A DNA stretch of 64,000 nt from positions 9,152 through 73,151 of IMG/VR virus record IMGVR_UViG_3300014205_000213. One strand, written 5' to 3'. A program made the position numbers and the translations under genes. Below are positions 8,443-18,886 of this stretch, piece after piece. Position 1 is the stretch's first letter; each line of letters starts with the position of its first letter. The stretch is from a virus. Lineage: Duplodnaviria > Caudoviricetes. The notes under the pieces are model-generated. The model did not search any database, was not told the origin of the DNA, and saw only the letters and a list, made by a program, of their open reading frames with translations.

Positions 8443-11282
8443 TATGCATATGATTTAACTTTTCTTCCTCTTCTTTCCAATATACCGTATAAATAATCAT
8501 CCTTAATTTTAAACTCAACAACTCCCCCTTGCTCTAAATTATCTAACCTTCCTGGGGGTGTTACTCTTTCCCCAGAACTTAACAAAGCGGGGTATGTGTC
8601 ATTAGGATACCCTGGAGGGACAACTCCCCCCTCTTTCATCTTCTGCGAAGAGATAATAGCAATCTGTGCTGCAGTTGCTGCGGTGGCAGTTGCTATTGCT
8701 ACCCAAGTTGCAGGATTTAAAACAGAACCCTTAACATTAGCAATTAAATTAGTAACAGCCAATGCTCCGTTGATCACTGCCTGAGCAATCGCCCACATTT
8801 TTTGCTTTTGCATATACTCCCGTTCAATCTTTTCCCTTCTCCTTGCATTATTACCTGCCAAAGCAAGTTCCCTTTCCTTTGAAGCCTCAATTAAATTAGT
8901 CACTGTACTTATTGCCTCAGAAGCGGAACTTAGATAAGACTCAATATCTCGTAACCTTAATTCATTAATAGCTTTATTATATTTGAATGTAATTAAAGAA
9001 GTATCTCTACCTGTCTTCTCAGCAGAGGCAATATCCATTGCATATTTTTTATCAAGGTAATCCCGTTCAGACATTAATCCTTGTTCTTGCATGGATTGTA
9101 GACCTTTTAATATCCCCTCATATTGACCTACCAATGGAGACTTTACTCCTAACTGCTTTTCCATATCATAAAGCTCACTAAGAGCTCTGGTATATATCTG
9201 TATCTGTGAGGAAAGATTATCATAGCTATCACCAACCAAAGAATTCATGTAGGCTTGTTTAGCAAGTTCTGAATTTATATTTTTCTCAAATTCAGATTCA
9301 GGACCTCCTCTTGCCTTTTGCAATCTTGTATTTTTAAATAATCCCTCAAAATTAGTACCAACGCCTCCTTTAATTCTGTTGTTCTCTTGCCTTTCCAATT
9401 CTCTATTTATCTCCTGTAATTTTTCTGCGTATTCGTCCAAGGCTTTTTTGGATTTATTAATCTCCTCTTCTATTCTACTCCAACTATCCTCTTGCCCTCC
9501 AAGATCCATCTGAACTTGACTTAATAAAGCATTCTTCTCCCATTGCTTTCCCCACGCATCCATCGACTTTAGAATAGAATCATACTGTAATTTCAATTGT
9601 TTTTTCTTGGCTATTTCGGAATCTTGATATTTATCAAATTGTCTTTGAGCACCAAACAAATTATTAAACCAACCTTCTTGTTTTCTAGCACTTTCAGAAC
9701 TAACAAGACGAGCTTGTGCTATTGCATACTGAGATTGAACAACTGTTTTCGCATAGGCTAATTCAGCAATGGTCATTGTATTAAAATCAGTCTCACTGGT
9801 ATCCTTTAATTTTTTGATGGTTCCTTGTATTTCGACCAATGCTTTATTAAACACATCATTCGCACTTGCAGATTCGATAGCCTTCTTTCTAAAATGTACA
9901 AGTGCACCAACAATTGCAACAACTCCTGTGGCAACGGCTATCCAAGGATTACTAATCATAGCTACTCTTAACCAGGTAAAAGCTTCTGCTAATCCAAGAA
10001 CTACTTTAACTGCCATATTTATTCCACTCAAGAAAACACTGAACAACAAGGATACCGGACCTAATGCAGCTGCAAGTGCAAGTACAGAAATCCCTGTTCT
10101 CTTGGTAGACTCATCTAACGAGTTAAACCAAGTTACCATATTGTTAAATCTCTTAACCAAATTTTCGATAATAGGAAGAACAGCAGTAGATATAGAAGAA
10201 CCAAAACTTATCATCCCTGCCTTAAGTGAAGACATCGCTGAATTCATCCTAAACTTAACCGTTGTTGACGCAATGGCAAATGCCTCATCCAAATCATCAG
10301 TAGAGTTCTTCATTCTATCCATGATCCCCTGGTTATATTCCATATTCTTACCCATAAGAGATAAGAAGGCCAACATACCTCGAATATTTGGAATAGCCTT
10401 ACCTAATGACTCTATACCCCATTCATCCGTTAATTCCTTTAGTCGACTTAATGCCATCATCAAACCATTAGGCTGTCGTATTAAATTCCTTAACTCTGCA
10501 GAGGAAGATCCCATTTTCTTCAACATCTTTTCACTCATAGCAGAGGGGTGTATCATTTTTTGTAGCATATTTCGTAAATATGTTGCAGCATTTGCTGCAC
10601 TCGCACCAGTTAAGGTTATGGCGGCCATACCCCCAACAACCTGGTCAAGGGAAAGCCCTAACTTAGAAGATATTGGGATGATAGAACCTAATGCGGTAGC
10701 AAAACCCTCTGCTTCGGCTTTTCCTTCCCTTACTCCTGCTACTAAGTAATTACCCACATTTGCCGCGGTAAGACCTGTCCCCCTATAAGCATTAAGAGCA
10801 GAGGTGACTAAATCAGCTATCTTTTGTGTTTCTCCTAATCCTGCTGATGCCGCCTTGGCAGAAATTGCTAAAACATTCATTGCTTCAGCACCAGCAATAC
10901 CTGACGAAGTTATATAGTATAAAGCTTCTGCCAACTCCTGGGGAGGTCTTGCCAAATCCCCTCCCATCTTTAAAACTTCACTTGTCCAATTTTTTACCTC
11001 CTCGGCAGAAGAATTTGTCAATGCTTGAATCTTCTTCATTGTAAATTCATACTCTTGAAAAGCAGAGAAGACTGACTTCCCAAACATAATAAAAGGGGCT
11101 GTAAGAACAGTGGTTGCTAACCAACCAAACATTCTTAAGGACATGCTTAATTGTTTTAATGATCCATTTAGATCATTTACAACTCTCATGCTATTCTTTC
11201 CAAACCTAGCCATGGCTACTTCGCCACTATACAACCCTGTTGCGTCTATACCTAACGATACAACCAATGTTCCTATATTCAT
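8442..11282 (-). CDS. Tail tape measure protein (TP901-like core)
   Basis: 946 aa, Ala/Leu-rich helical; follows tail chaperones; LAEALYYITSSG...SAKAASAGLG core. Confidence 0.92.
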   Translation of the reverse strand: MNIGTLVVSLGIDATGLYSGEVAMARFGKNSMRVVNDLNGSLKQLSMSLRMFGWLATTVLTAPFIMFGKSVFSAFQEYEFTMKKIQALTNSSAEEVKNWTSEVLKMGGDLARPPQELAEALYYITSSGIAGAEAMNVLAISAKAASAGLGETQKIADLVTSALNAYRGTGLTAANVGNYLVAGVREGKAEAEGFATALGSIIPISSKLGLSLDQVVGGMAAITLTGASAANAATYLRNMLQKMIHPSAMSEKMLKKMGSSSAELRNLIRQPNGLMMALSRLKELTDEWGIESLGKAIPNIRGMLAFLSLMGKNMEYNQGIMDRMKNSTDDLDEAFAIASTTVKFRMNSAMSSLKAGMISFGSSISTAVLPIIENLVKRFNNMVTWFNSLDESTKRTGISVLALAAALGPVSLLFSVFLSGINMAVKVVLGLAEAFTWLRVAMISNPWIAVATGVVAIVGALVHFRKKAIESASANDVFNKALVEIQGTIKKLKDTSETDFNTMTIAELAYAKTVVQSQYAIAQARLVSSESARKQEGWFNNLFGAQRQFDKYQDSEIAKKKQLKLQYDSILKSMDAWGKQWEKNALLSQVQMDLGGQEDSWSRIEEEINKSKKALDEYAEKLQEINRELERQENNRIKGGVGTNFEGLFKNTRLQKARGGPESEFEKNINSELAKQAYMNSLVGDSYDNLSSQIQIYTRALSELYDMEKQLGVKSPLVGQYEGILKGLQSMQEQGLMSERDYLDKKYAMDIASAEKTGRDTSLITFKYNKAINELRLRDIESYLSSASEAISTVTNLIEASKERELALAGNNARRREKIEREYMQKQKMWAIAQAVINGALAVTNLIANVKGSVLNPATWVAIATATAATAAQIAIISSQKMKEGGVVPPGYPNDTYPALLSSGERVTPPGRLDNLEQGGVVEFKIKDDYLYGILERRGRKVKSYA

Positions 11283-11722
11283 AGCCCTGATGTATATTTG
11301 TTCTGTTGTCTAAATCTCTTGGGAGGGCGTTTATCAAAATCTTTTAGCCCTTCCTTTTTTTGTACTGATCTATTCTGAGCATCTGCTATTCCAAGAAGTA
11401 TTTGTTTCATATCTTCAACACTTTGCTGTTTAGGCTCATTTAACTTCTCCAAATCCCAATCAATCATAAAGTCAACTGGTGTGGTAAATTTTGAACCTTT
11501 TTTGCCATGTGTGCTTATTGTTAAGTTTGTTAGTAATGAACACAAATAAGCCAACCTAAAATTACCTGTCCACTCACCTATCGGATCTAATCGATCCATT
11601 GCCTCCCACTCACTTAATTGAGCTGATGTTAATTGCTCTAACAGGTAATCAGGATGGGGATACTTTAATTCTCTGCAGAGTCGGAAGTAGAATTGCCGGG
11701 CTGGCCGGCTTCGAAGTTTTTT
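11279..11722 (-). CDS. Tail assembly chaperone, -1 frameshift extension (GT product)
   Basis: The -1 frame after A AAA AAC is open (LRSRPARQFYFRLCRELKYPHPDYLLEQLTSAQLSEWEAMD...) and runs into ORF 11279..11599. Confidence 0.85.
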   Translation of the reverse strand, partial: KKLRSRPARQFYFRLCRELKYPHPDYLLEQLTSAQLSEWEAMDRLDPIGEWTGNFRLAYLCSLLTNLTISTHGKKGSKFTTPVDFMIDWDLEKLNEPKQQSVEDMKQILLGIADAQNRSVQKKEGLKDFDKRPPKRFRQQNKYTSGL

Positions 11723-12093
11723 ACCAATGCCTCCTTGTCCTCTTCAGATATTGCGTTTAACTCCTGTGCTTTGTTAATTATTGTCTCCAATGTCTTTGCG
11801 CTCATATTTGCAGCAAGTGTTGGATAGTCCCCCGGTTGTAATATTCTATTCCCTTCCTCATCACAAATCGTAAGTACAGCCAATTTAGCACGGAAGTCGT
11901 CCAGTATTGTTTCCACACTGATAACATTCCCTTTCTTGTCCCTGTTTTTTCTTAGCATAGACTGCTCAAAAATATCACGTTCTTTTCCAGTCATCTGGCG
12001 AACGTAAATAAAGTCTCCATTTTCAAATTCCACTTTGACTATTTCAAGTTTTTCCTTAGCCAAAAGTGCTTCTCTGTTAAGTAAATTTCCCAT
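11665..12093 (-). CDS. Tail assembly chaperone (G product)
   Basis: 142 aa between tail tube and tape measure. Confidence 0.85.
   Translation of the reverse strand: MGNLLNREALLAKEKLEIVKVEFENGDFIYVRQMTGKERDIFEQSMLRKNRDKKGNVISVETILDDFRAKLAVLTICDEEGNRILQPGDYPTLAANMSAKTLETIINKAQELNAISEEDKEALVKNFEAGQPGNSTSDSAEN
11716..11722 (-). promoter_or_regulatory. Programmed -1 ribosomal frameshift slippery site A AAA AAC
   Basis: X XXY YYZ heptamer in frame near the end of the chaperone gene; -1 frame open to the tape measure start. Confidence 0.85.
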
Positions 12094-12128
12094 GATTAGT
12101 AAATTTTAAATTGATAAATAATAAAAAT

Positions 12129-12147
12129 AAAAAACCTTGATTAGGTT
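12129..12147 (-). terminator. Short hairpin/attenuator after tail tube gene (AACCT-AATCA-AGGTT then U-run)
   Basis: 5 bp stem, AATCA loop identical to the post-capsid hairpin, followed by a T-run. Confidence 0.45.
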
Positions 12148-12155
12148 GAAAGGTT

Positions 12156-12593
12156 CTACATCCCTAATGCAGCACTTGCGCCTGAATCAGTTTCAACAGA
12201 ACCACTTACCTGAATTGTAACATCCGCTGTGATCTTATCATCAGTTGGAATATTTAAAGGCAATTCAGTGACCAGACCTTCAAACTCCACGGTAGTGGTT
12301 TCTGCGTCCGGTAGAACAATCCGATAATTACCAAGTGCGTTGCTTTCAAAGTCTGTCTTAAACAAGTCGTAAGTCTGACGTGTAAAATTCATTGAAAGCT
12401 GAACAGTACCTGGATTACGAAATCCTCCTTTGAACTCTCGATATCCTCCCGTACTATCCAGGGATGTTACATCAATTGTATCCCTTGACATACCAGGACC
12501 GGTAATCGAGTTTATTTCAGCAATGGCAGCCCATGCGCTACCAGTCCATCTCTGAAATATTGTTCCTACTCCTGCTACAGCATTACTTGCCAT
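12156..12593 (-). CDS. Major tail tube protein
   Basis: Strong SD AAAGGAGG before ATG 12593; EINSITGPGMSRDTIDVTSLDS..GYREF tube motif. Confidence 0.88.
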   Translation of the reverse strand: MASNAVAGVGTIFQRWTGSAWAAIAEINSITGPGMSRDTIDVTSLDSTGGYREFKGGFRNPGTVQLSMNFTRQTYDLFKTDFESNALGNYRIVLPDAETTTVEFEGLVTELPLNIPTDDKITADVTIQVSGSVETDSGASAALGM

Positions 12594-12597
12594 AATT

Positions 12598-12999
12598 TTA
12601 CCTCCTTTGTAAATTAAAGTTAATAACAAATCGAGCACGATTGTGATCATCATAATCCAGAAGTGCGGGGCCACTGGAACATTTGATCATCGTGTATAAA
12701 GTGCTATTCCATGTCTCATTTGCCCGGCCATGGAGAGCATCCTTTATTGCATTAGCCATATTCCAACCATTAACATAACTTAAATCCCGTACCCTTATAT
12801 AAACGGCAGGATATTCGTAACCCACCGTTGTTAACCCCATATAAGGAGGAAACCCTGCCGTGTCAAATATTGTAACACAGTTGTCCGGTTCAGCTGGCTC
12901 ATGTCCTATAAATAAATTGTCAGCAAACTCAACATCAAGTCCTGAGGACTCTCCGAAGGCTTCTAACATATCTTTAATATCAATACTTGGTGCATTCAT
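12598..12999 (-). CDS. Tail terminator / minor capsid-type neck protein
   Basis: Synteny; LFIGHEPAEPDNCVTIFDTAG motif. Confidence 0.7.
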   Translation of the reverse strand: MNAPSIDIKDMLEAFGESSGLDVEFADNLFIGHEPAEPDNCVTIFDTAGFPPYMGLTTVGYEYPAVYIRVRDLSYVNGWNMANAIKDALHGRANETWNSTLYTMIKCSSGPALLDYDDHNRARFVINFNLQRR

Positions 13000-13496
13000 T
13001 TTACCCTTGCGTTTTCTGCAACAATTTTTACAATCATTCCTATACTATTTGATAAATGCGTTTGTAGCCATTTTGGACCTGTATCATTTTCAAAATTAGC
13101 TCCAACCATCTCGTGTACCCAAAAGGCATAATTTGCACCATACCCAAAAATTATAAATTTTTTACCAAGTCCCCCCAACTTCCTTGCTTCTGCCTGTGCC
13201 TCCCACACGGCTCCTTGATAACTGGAAGAGATTGACTGTGCATTAGGACCTACAAAAGATCTATCCATCATTGCTTCCTCTCCCCCTTGAACGGCTCCAC
13301 TTGCTGTTACAACAAACCAACTTGCTTTCAAGTTACCTAAATCCCTTGGTACTTTTGGAAAGGACTTCTCCGTCTTTCTACGTACATATCCAGCACCTTT
13401 GATAAGGCCTTGAACAGATCTTCCTTCTATCTGCTCAATCTCTCTATTGAGTCGGGTTAACACAATGTTAAGCCCTTTTATTTCAGTACCCCACAT
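12996..13496 (-). CDS. HK97 gp10-like tail completion protein
   Basis: VPRDLGNLKASW and YAFWVHE motifs; synteny. Confidence 0.75.
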   Translation of the reverse strand: MWGTEIKGLNIVLTRLNREIEQIEGRSVQGLIKGAGYVRRKTEKSFPKVPRDLGNLKASWFVVTASGAVQGGEEAMMDRSFVGPNAQSISSSYQGAVWEAQAEARKLGGLGKKFIIFGYGANYAFWVHEMVGANFENDTGPKWLQTHLSNSIGMIVKIVAENARVK

Positions 13497-13506
13497 ATCA
13501 TTAAAT

Positions 13507-13884
13507 TTAAGTAAGCCAAGGAGTCAAAAACGCCTTACGTAAAAATTCTGTTGTTGATCCCAATGCTGGTGTTTTTTCAAACCTTTTTATAATTGCTACA
13601 GTATCTACTGTTCTTGGATTTGCTTTTTGTGTTGTAGTCAAATCTGTCAGGCTTCCTAAATAAAGTAATCCATCCTCATCTAGATCCTGTGTCACAACAA
13701 CCTCTGCCCTGGAAATAATTGCTGCCCCGTCGGAGTTTGATAATATTTGCGTTCTATTTTGCCAACGGCAATCAATTTCAACAGGGGTATCAAACGTGAA
13801 GTGCCCAAATCCATCATTCGTTGGATTCGCCCAGTAAACAGCAGTCTGGGAACATCTTGATTGTATAAAACTTTGTATGCTCAT
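13507..13884 (-). CDS. Head-tail adaptor / head closure protein
   Basis: Synteny; QTAVYW..P..DGFG motif. Confidence 0.65.
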   Translation of the reverse strand: MSIQSFIQSRCSQTAVYWANPTNDGFGHFTFDTPVEIDCRWQNRTQILSNSDGAAIISRAEVVVTQDLDEDGLLYLGSLTDLTTTQKANPRTVDTVAIIKRFEKTPALGSTTEFLRKAFLTPWLT

Positions 13885-13887
13885 ATC

Positions 13888-14268
13888 TTATTCATCAAAA
13901 CTTATTATTGCTCTCATTTTCACTGTGCCCTTGCCAAGTTTTGCCATCTTACCAGAGACATCCATTGCTAGAACTGCTTGTCCGTAAGAAGTTGATTCCA
14001 ATTTCTTCCCCCAGGTTCCTGTGTACTTTATACGTGCATCCTGTATTTCTTCCTGAGCCGCTTGTCTCTGTGGTCCACTTGCAATAAGGTGTGCTGTAAA
14101 CCACTTTTCTATCTGCTCCAGTAGAGTATCTCCTGTGGTAGTATCACCAGAGAATACTTGATCCACTACAGCACTTGCTGCAACAATTATGGCATCAATC
14201 ACATCGTCTTCTACGGTACAATTATCCATAATTAATCGAACATCGTCTGCATTAGTTCTTATTGCCAT
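13888..14268 (-). CDS. Head-tail connector protein
   Basis: WFTAHL and LESTSYGQ motifs; SD AAAGGAG upstream. Confidence 0.7.
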   Translation of the reverse strand: MAIRTNADDVRLIMDNCTVEDDVIDAIIVAASAVVDQVFSGDTTTGDTLLEQIEKWFTAHLIASGPQRQAAQEEIQDARIKYTGTWGKKLESTSYGQAVLAMDVSGKMAKLGKGTVKMRAIISFDE

Positions 14269-14986
14269 TTTGTTCTCCTTTCCTTTTTAATCTACTATTC
14301 CACAAAAGCGTATTTATATATATCAGGGCCTCCTCTTTCCATGTTAGCCCTAACCAATCACACAATTCATATAATTGTCGGTAATCCCCATCAACCATTC
14401 TTTCAGGCCAAATTACCTTACAATTAAGTCCCGACGAAATCATTCTAACTATTTTCTTTTCATACTCATGAACCCACCATAACCAACCCTCCCTCTCATT
14501 TTTTGCTCCTACAGCCTGTTGATTCACTTCATTCTTAAATGCCTTCATAAACCCAGTCTTAATACAGGAGTCAATCACGTCTCCCGTCCTACGACGTACA
14601 ATAACCCACTTAGCATCAGGATAATTCATACTCCATATAGGCCAAATTAAAGCACTCCTTGCGTCCTTATACAACCAAGGACCTTTCTTATATCCCTCTG
14701 AAAGTAATATGTTCTCAACCTTTTCTTTCCAACCATCAGGAAAATACAAATAATTCTTACGGTCTGTCAACGGATACTGTCCCATTACATCTAATCCACA
14801 ATCTGAAAGATATGTTTTGACAAGATCTTCTCTTATCCTTACATTTTCAAACATACCCCGCTTTGCATTCTGATTCCCACCAACCATTGTGCCCCCAAAG
14901 GCACCACACATATTAATTGTAGCAGCAATCATACTTGCACCACTTCTGGGACACCCTGTAATTAATATTGGAGAATGTGTTATCAT
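14252..14986 (-). CDS. Sulfotransferase-family protein
   Basis: ILITGCPRSG-AS PAPS-binding loop; WLYKD; WVIVRR; Y(RQ)L..LCDWLGL. Confidence 0.7.
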   Translation of the reverse strand: MITHSPILITGCPRSGASMIAATINMCGAFGGTMVGGNQNAKRGMFENVRIREDLVKTYLSDCGLDVMGQYPLTDRKNYLYFPDGWKEKVENILLSEGYKKGPWLYKDARSALIWPIWSMNYPDAKWVIVRRRTGDVIDSCIKTGFMKAFKNEVNQQAVGAKNEREGWLWWVHEYEKKIVRMISSGLNCKVIWPERMVDGDYRQLYELCDWLGLTWKEEALIYINTLLWNSRLKRKGEQNGNKN

Positions 14987-16269
14987 TCCATATATCTTTT
15001 TCGTACTTCTTCTCTTTCTTTGTCCTTTTGTTCTTTTGCAACGGTCCTCACCTTTTGAAGAGGATGCCTCCTATATATTGCCAAAACATTTGGACAGTAA
15101 CCTATTTTAAATCCAGCTTTCAAACATCTTAAATGAAATTCAAATTCTTCTGCAGTGTTTAGTGTTTCGTCAAAACCTCCGATCTTTGTAAATATCTCCC
15201 TTCTATACATTGTTGTTGCGCTGTGAATAACATTCTTGCTTAAAAGATCCTGTAAGGTAGGGATAAGTATATTAGGGGATTTCCTAACACGTCTTTGCTC
15301 ACCCTCTTTCGCCTCAATAGCATCTCCGTGAATAAAGTCAACATTTTGCTCTTCAATGGCTTTTACGGAGTCAGTAATACAATTTGGAGTAAGCATATCA
15401 TCCTCATGTAAATATCGTATGTATTTCCCCTCCGCTTGACTTAACACCTTATTAAAATTTGCTGGCCAATTTCCTCCCCCTTGACTTACAAGTAATTGAA
15501 CATCTTTAGGAACACTTGCAATTGCATCCTTTAACCACCCTCTGTCCACTTTGTATGGAATGATTACAGTTACTTCTGCCTTTTTTCTTCTCTCCGGGAA
15601 CTCTTCTTCAACATACCTTTTTACCCAATCTACAGTCATTGACGCTTCAACAACGGTAAAAATACGGGGTTTCCCATGAAAGCATACCAGGTTAGCATCG
15701 GCAGGTAATTGTGTTAATATAATACCAGGCTTTGGTTTGAAATCATAAATGGTTGTTGTTAACTTTTGCCAATACGTATCTGGCTGACATATTGACCTTA
15801 TATAGTAATCCATCCTCCATCCAAGTGGACCCTTAAACGAATCCCAAACTTTATTTGTCTTATCACAATTTTTGGGGAACCAAACTAATCCAGTAGCCAA
15901 TTGATCCCTTTGCCAAAAATCCTCAAGTGTTATGAATTGGGAATCATCTCGAATTAAATTAAATATATTTTCCAATGACCGAATAACAGCAGTATCCAAA
16001 TCAACATATAAAAAAGGTTTGTACTGTTCCATTTCCGGACTGTACAATTGAATACGAGACCACGTCCCTGGTTCTTTATTTGTTAATGGAATAAATTCAA
16101 TGTTTCCTAAATCATAAGATTCAGTAACCTTATCCCAAAGACAAATAATACGAGGACGCAGATCTGATTGCCATTTACCATTAATATGATTTGCAATCAA
16201 TTCTACATCACGGAATTTAAAATCACCTCCGCTCCGTAATACCAAGACTATTGTTTTTCTATCTTCCAT
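14983..16269 (-). CDS. Two-domain glycosyltransferase (GT8-like plus GT2)
   Basis: N-half LYVDLDT (DxD) and CFHGKPR; C-half VIIPY, YLHEDD, EEFEFHLR GT2 motifs. Confidence 0.8.
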   Translation of the reverse strand: MEDRKTIVLVLRSGGDFKFRDVELIANHINGKWQSDLRPRIICLWDKVTESYDLGNIEFIPLTNKEPGTWSRIQLYSPEMEQYKPFLYVDLDTAVIRSLENIFNLIRDDSQFITLEDFWQRDQLATGLVWFPKNCDKTNKVWDSFKGPLGWRMDYYIRSICQPDTYWQKLTTTIYDFKPKPGIILTQLPADANLVCFHGKPRIFTVVEASMTVDWVKRYVEEEFPERRKKAEVTVIIPYKVDRGWLKDAIASVPKDVQLLVSQGGGNWPANFNKVLSQAEGKYIRYLHEDDMLTPNCITDSVKAIEEQNVDFIHGDAIEAKEGEQRRVRKSPNILIPTLQDLLSKNVIHSATTMYRREIFTKIGGFDETLNTAEEFEFHLRCLKAGFKIGYCPNVLAIYRRHPLQKVRTVAKEQKDKEREEVRKRYME

Positions 16270-17221
16270 GAGCTTTCTTATCTATCCAATCATAGGTAAC
16301 AATCAATCCTTCTTGTAATGAACGAGTAGGAGCCCAATGTAACTTCTCTCGAATAAGTTTATTATCTGAACAGCGCCCTCTAACACCAAGAGGTCCTTTT
16401 ATGTGTTTTATGGTTAATGCCTTGTCTGAAATATTCATAATCATTCGTGCCAAGGAATTAATTGTAATCATTTCCTCTGATCCAATATTAATAGGTTCCA
16501 AATAATCTGAATCCATTAATTTTCTGACACCGAGTAAACACTCATCAATGAATAAGAATGAACGAGTCTGTTCTCCATCCCCCCAAACTTCAATCTCTTC
16601 GCCATTCTTAGCCATAGCAACTTTCCTACATAATGCTGCCGGAGCCTTCTCTCTACCATCGTTCCAAGCACCTTCAGGACCAAACACATTATGAAATCTT
16701 GCTATTCTCATATCTAATCCGTAATTCCGATGGAAGGATAAATACATTCTTTCACTGAACAACTTCTCCCAACCATACTCACTATCAGGATTTGCCGGGT
16801 ATGCCGAATGCTCTGCACAATTCGGATTATTTGGATCCATTTGATTGTGTTCAGGGTACATACAAGCAGAACTGGAATAAAATATCTTTCCAGCCCCAAC
16901 CTCAACAGCCCTTCTTGCCACATGAAGATTTATAAGAGCATCGTTACTTATTATGTCGGCGTCATGTTCTCCGGTAAAGATGTATCCAGCTCCTCCCATA
17001 TCTGCAGCAAGTTGATACACTTCGTCAAACCCCCTATTAAAAACATAATCCACATTATTTACATATCGTAAATCTTTCAAATAAAAGTCATCGGCTGCTG
17101 TTCTGGAAAACTCGGGACTTTTTAAATCCACTCCACGAACCCAATATCCTTCTTCTTTTAATTGCCGAACAAGATGAGATCCTATAAAACCTCCTGCTCC
17201 AAGTACCAATGCTGTTTTCAT
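16259..17221 (-). CDS. NAD-dependent nucleotide-sugar epimerase, GDP-mannose 3,5-epimerase-like
   Basis: GAGGFIG, AADMGGAGYI, YSSSACMYPE, YGWEK, RFHNVFGP. Confidence 0.88.
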   Translation of the reverse strand: MKTALVLGAGGFIGSHLVRQLKEEGYWVRGVDLKSPEFSRTAADDFYLKDLRYVNNVDYVFNRGFDEVYQLAADMGGAGYIFTGEHDADIISNDALINLHVARRAVEVGAGKIFYSSSACMYPEHNQMDPNNPNCAEHSAYPANPDSEYGWEKLFSERMYLSFHRNYGLDMRIARFHNVFGPEGAWNDGREKAPAALCRKVAMAKNGEEIEVWGDGEQTRSFLFIDECLLGVRKLMDSDYLEPINIGSEEMITINSLARMIMNISDKALTIKHIKGPLGVRGRCSDNKLIREKLHWAPTRSLQEGLIVTYDWIDKKAHGR

Positions 17222-17233
17222 AATGTATTTATT

Positions 17234-18886
17234 TCATTGTTCATAACAACTTTTTATTTTATTTTTCCAATATTCAAATGATAACTCCTGTCTGCCCCAT
17301 GGGATCTTTGAAATCCTTTCATATTCCTTATTTAAAAAATCTTCCGTAATCTCTTCCCAATTATTAACAAAACAAATTGGAAGATGTTCAAAAAAGGAAG
17401 TGAATACACTTCTCTTCATAACAGGAATACAACCAATATATAAGCATTCCCAGGTACGATGTGTATCTATTCCATTGCCCTCTGGACATGCCATAAATTT
17501 ATGAATTCCCATTTCTTTAAATGAAGTGGTAAAACTCTTATTACCATTTTTTCCATTCTTAACAGTTGCCCAATCTTTATCAACAAACAATTGATTTATT
17601 TGATTCCTTTCCCCTGGATTGGTGTCTACATTATGATTTACTAAAAGTAATTTACTTTTAGAGGAAGGATGGCTCATCATAAATTCTATTATCTTCCTTT
17701 TATCCCAACTTTCCTTCCACATATCATTTTCCAGTCCGATTGGAATAGGCTCAATCTTTGGATGCTTTACATCTACATTCATCACAAATAACTTTCGAAC
17801 ATTGTCGGGGATACTATATTCCTCTTCTTCTCTTAATTTTCTATTTCCATTGTACCAACGTATCTTACCATCTCCAAAATGGTGATCCCCATTATGTGCA
17901 ATAATTATAAATTCATTAGGTAAGTACTCCACAATCTTCAACAATTTACCAACATACATAACATTCGTATATACAATATTGACTGGTTTAAGATCACAAG
18001 GATCAAATGAATTTTCATATTTTAAATAATCATCGGGGCATTTGGTCCTAGGAGAATATATAGAATGAGCCAACTCTGCAAATTTATCACCTTGAACCCA
18101 ATCCACCCCCGCATTCTTATTAATCCAAGATACCTCCCAATAATGAATTGCATAGGAGTCTTCCTTAATATACTTTCTTCCATCTTCCATCTTATGCCCT
18201 TTATAATTTGGAAAAGGGTAAAAATAATCTGCGGGAGGGAAAGCCAACACACCAGGTGTATATTGTTGAATAACTTTAAAAAATGTATCTGTAAAGAAGT
18301 ATGCACCTGTTGTTGCTAAGGCTCTATTCTTTATCAAGTCCCTTACTGTTATTGTACTCACCCCTTCCACAATCTTACTCATAATAGGATTGTTTGGAGT
18401 ACATCCAATTAATCCAGGATACAATTCAACCTTTGTTGGGTATCCCACACTAATAAAGAAATTGAGGTATTCAAAATCACTAAATGATCTTAAACATTCA
18501 AAATCCGTATCAGCATAAATCCCTCCAAATCTATTAAGAATATTATATCGCATTATGTCAGATCGTACTCCGTAATTAGTAATGCGTTCAAAGTTATGCA
18601 TATTTGACATCTTCAAACCAGGAATGTCTTTATCCGTCCATAATCTATATTCATAATTGGGATTAAATTTTTTCCAAGATTTTGTCCATTCCTTATACTT
18701 CTCAGGTAAAGGACTTCCTAACCATATTTGATGAATTATTTTTGGAATCCCTTCTTCTTTTGTAGAACAAGACACCCAATTCTTATTGTATAACTCTTCC
18801 AATAACTTCCAACGCCAATCCGATGAAAACACATTTTCATCAAATTCGAGAACACGACTCATCAATATATTAAATGTCTCCTTCAT
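17234..18886 (-). CDS. Glycosyltransferase fusion: GT32 (DXD) plus exostosin/GT47-like domain
   Basis: IPKIIHQIWLG, SDIMRYNIL..FGGIYADTD; C-terminal FMACPEGNGIDTHRTWECLYIGCIPV. Confidence 0.8.
   Translation of the reverse strand: MKETFNILMSRVLEFDENVFSSDWRWKLLEELYNKNWVSCSTKEEGIPKIIHQIWLGSPLPEKYKEWTKSWKKFNPNYEYRLWTDKDIPGLKMSNMHNFERITNYGVRSDIMRYNILNRFGGIYADTDFECLRSFSDFEYLNFFISVGYPTKVELYPGLIGCTPNNPIMSKIVEGVSTITVRDLIKNRALATTGAYFFTDTFFKVIQQYTPGVLAFPPADYFYPFPNYKGHKMEDGRKYIKEDSYAIHYWEVSWINKNAGVDWVQGDKFAELAHSIYSPRTKCPDDYLKYENSFDPCDLKPVNIVYTNVMYVGKLLKIVEYLPNEFIIIAHNGDHHFGDGKIRWYNGNRKLREEEEYSIPDNVRKLFVMNVDVKHPKIEPIPIGLENDMWKESWDKRKIIEFMMSHPSSKSKLLLVNHNVDTNPGERNQINQLFVDKDWATVKNGKNGNKSFTTSFKEMGIHKFMACPEGNGIDTHRTWECLYIGCIPVMKRSVFTSFFEHLPICFVNNWEEITEDFLNKEYERISKIPWGRQELSFEYWKNKIKSCYEQ

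Noticed and set aside
9769-10749. 326 aa plus-strand ORF
   Set aside because: Antisense shadow of the tape measure gene; no motifs or start context.
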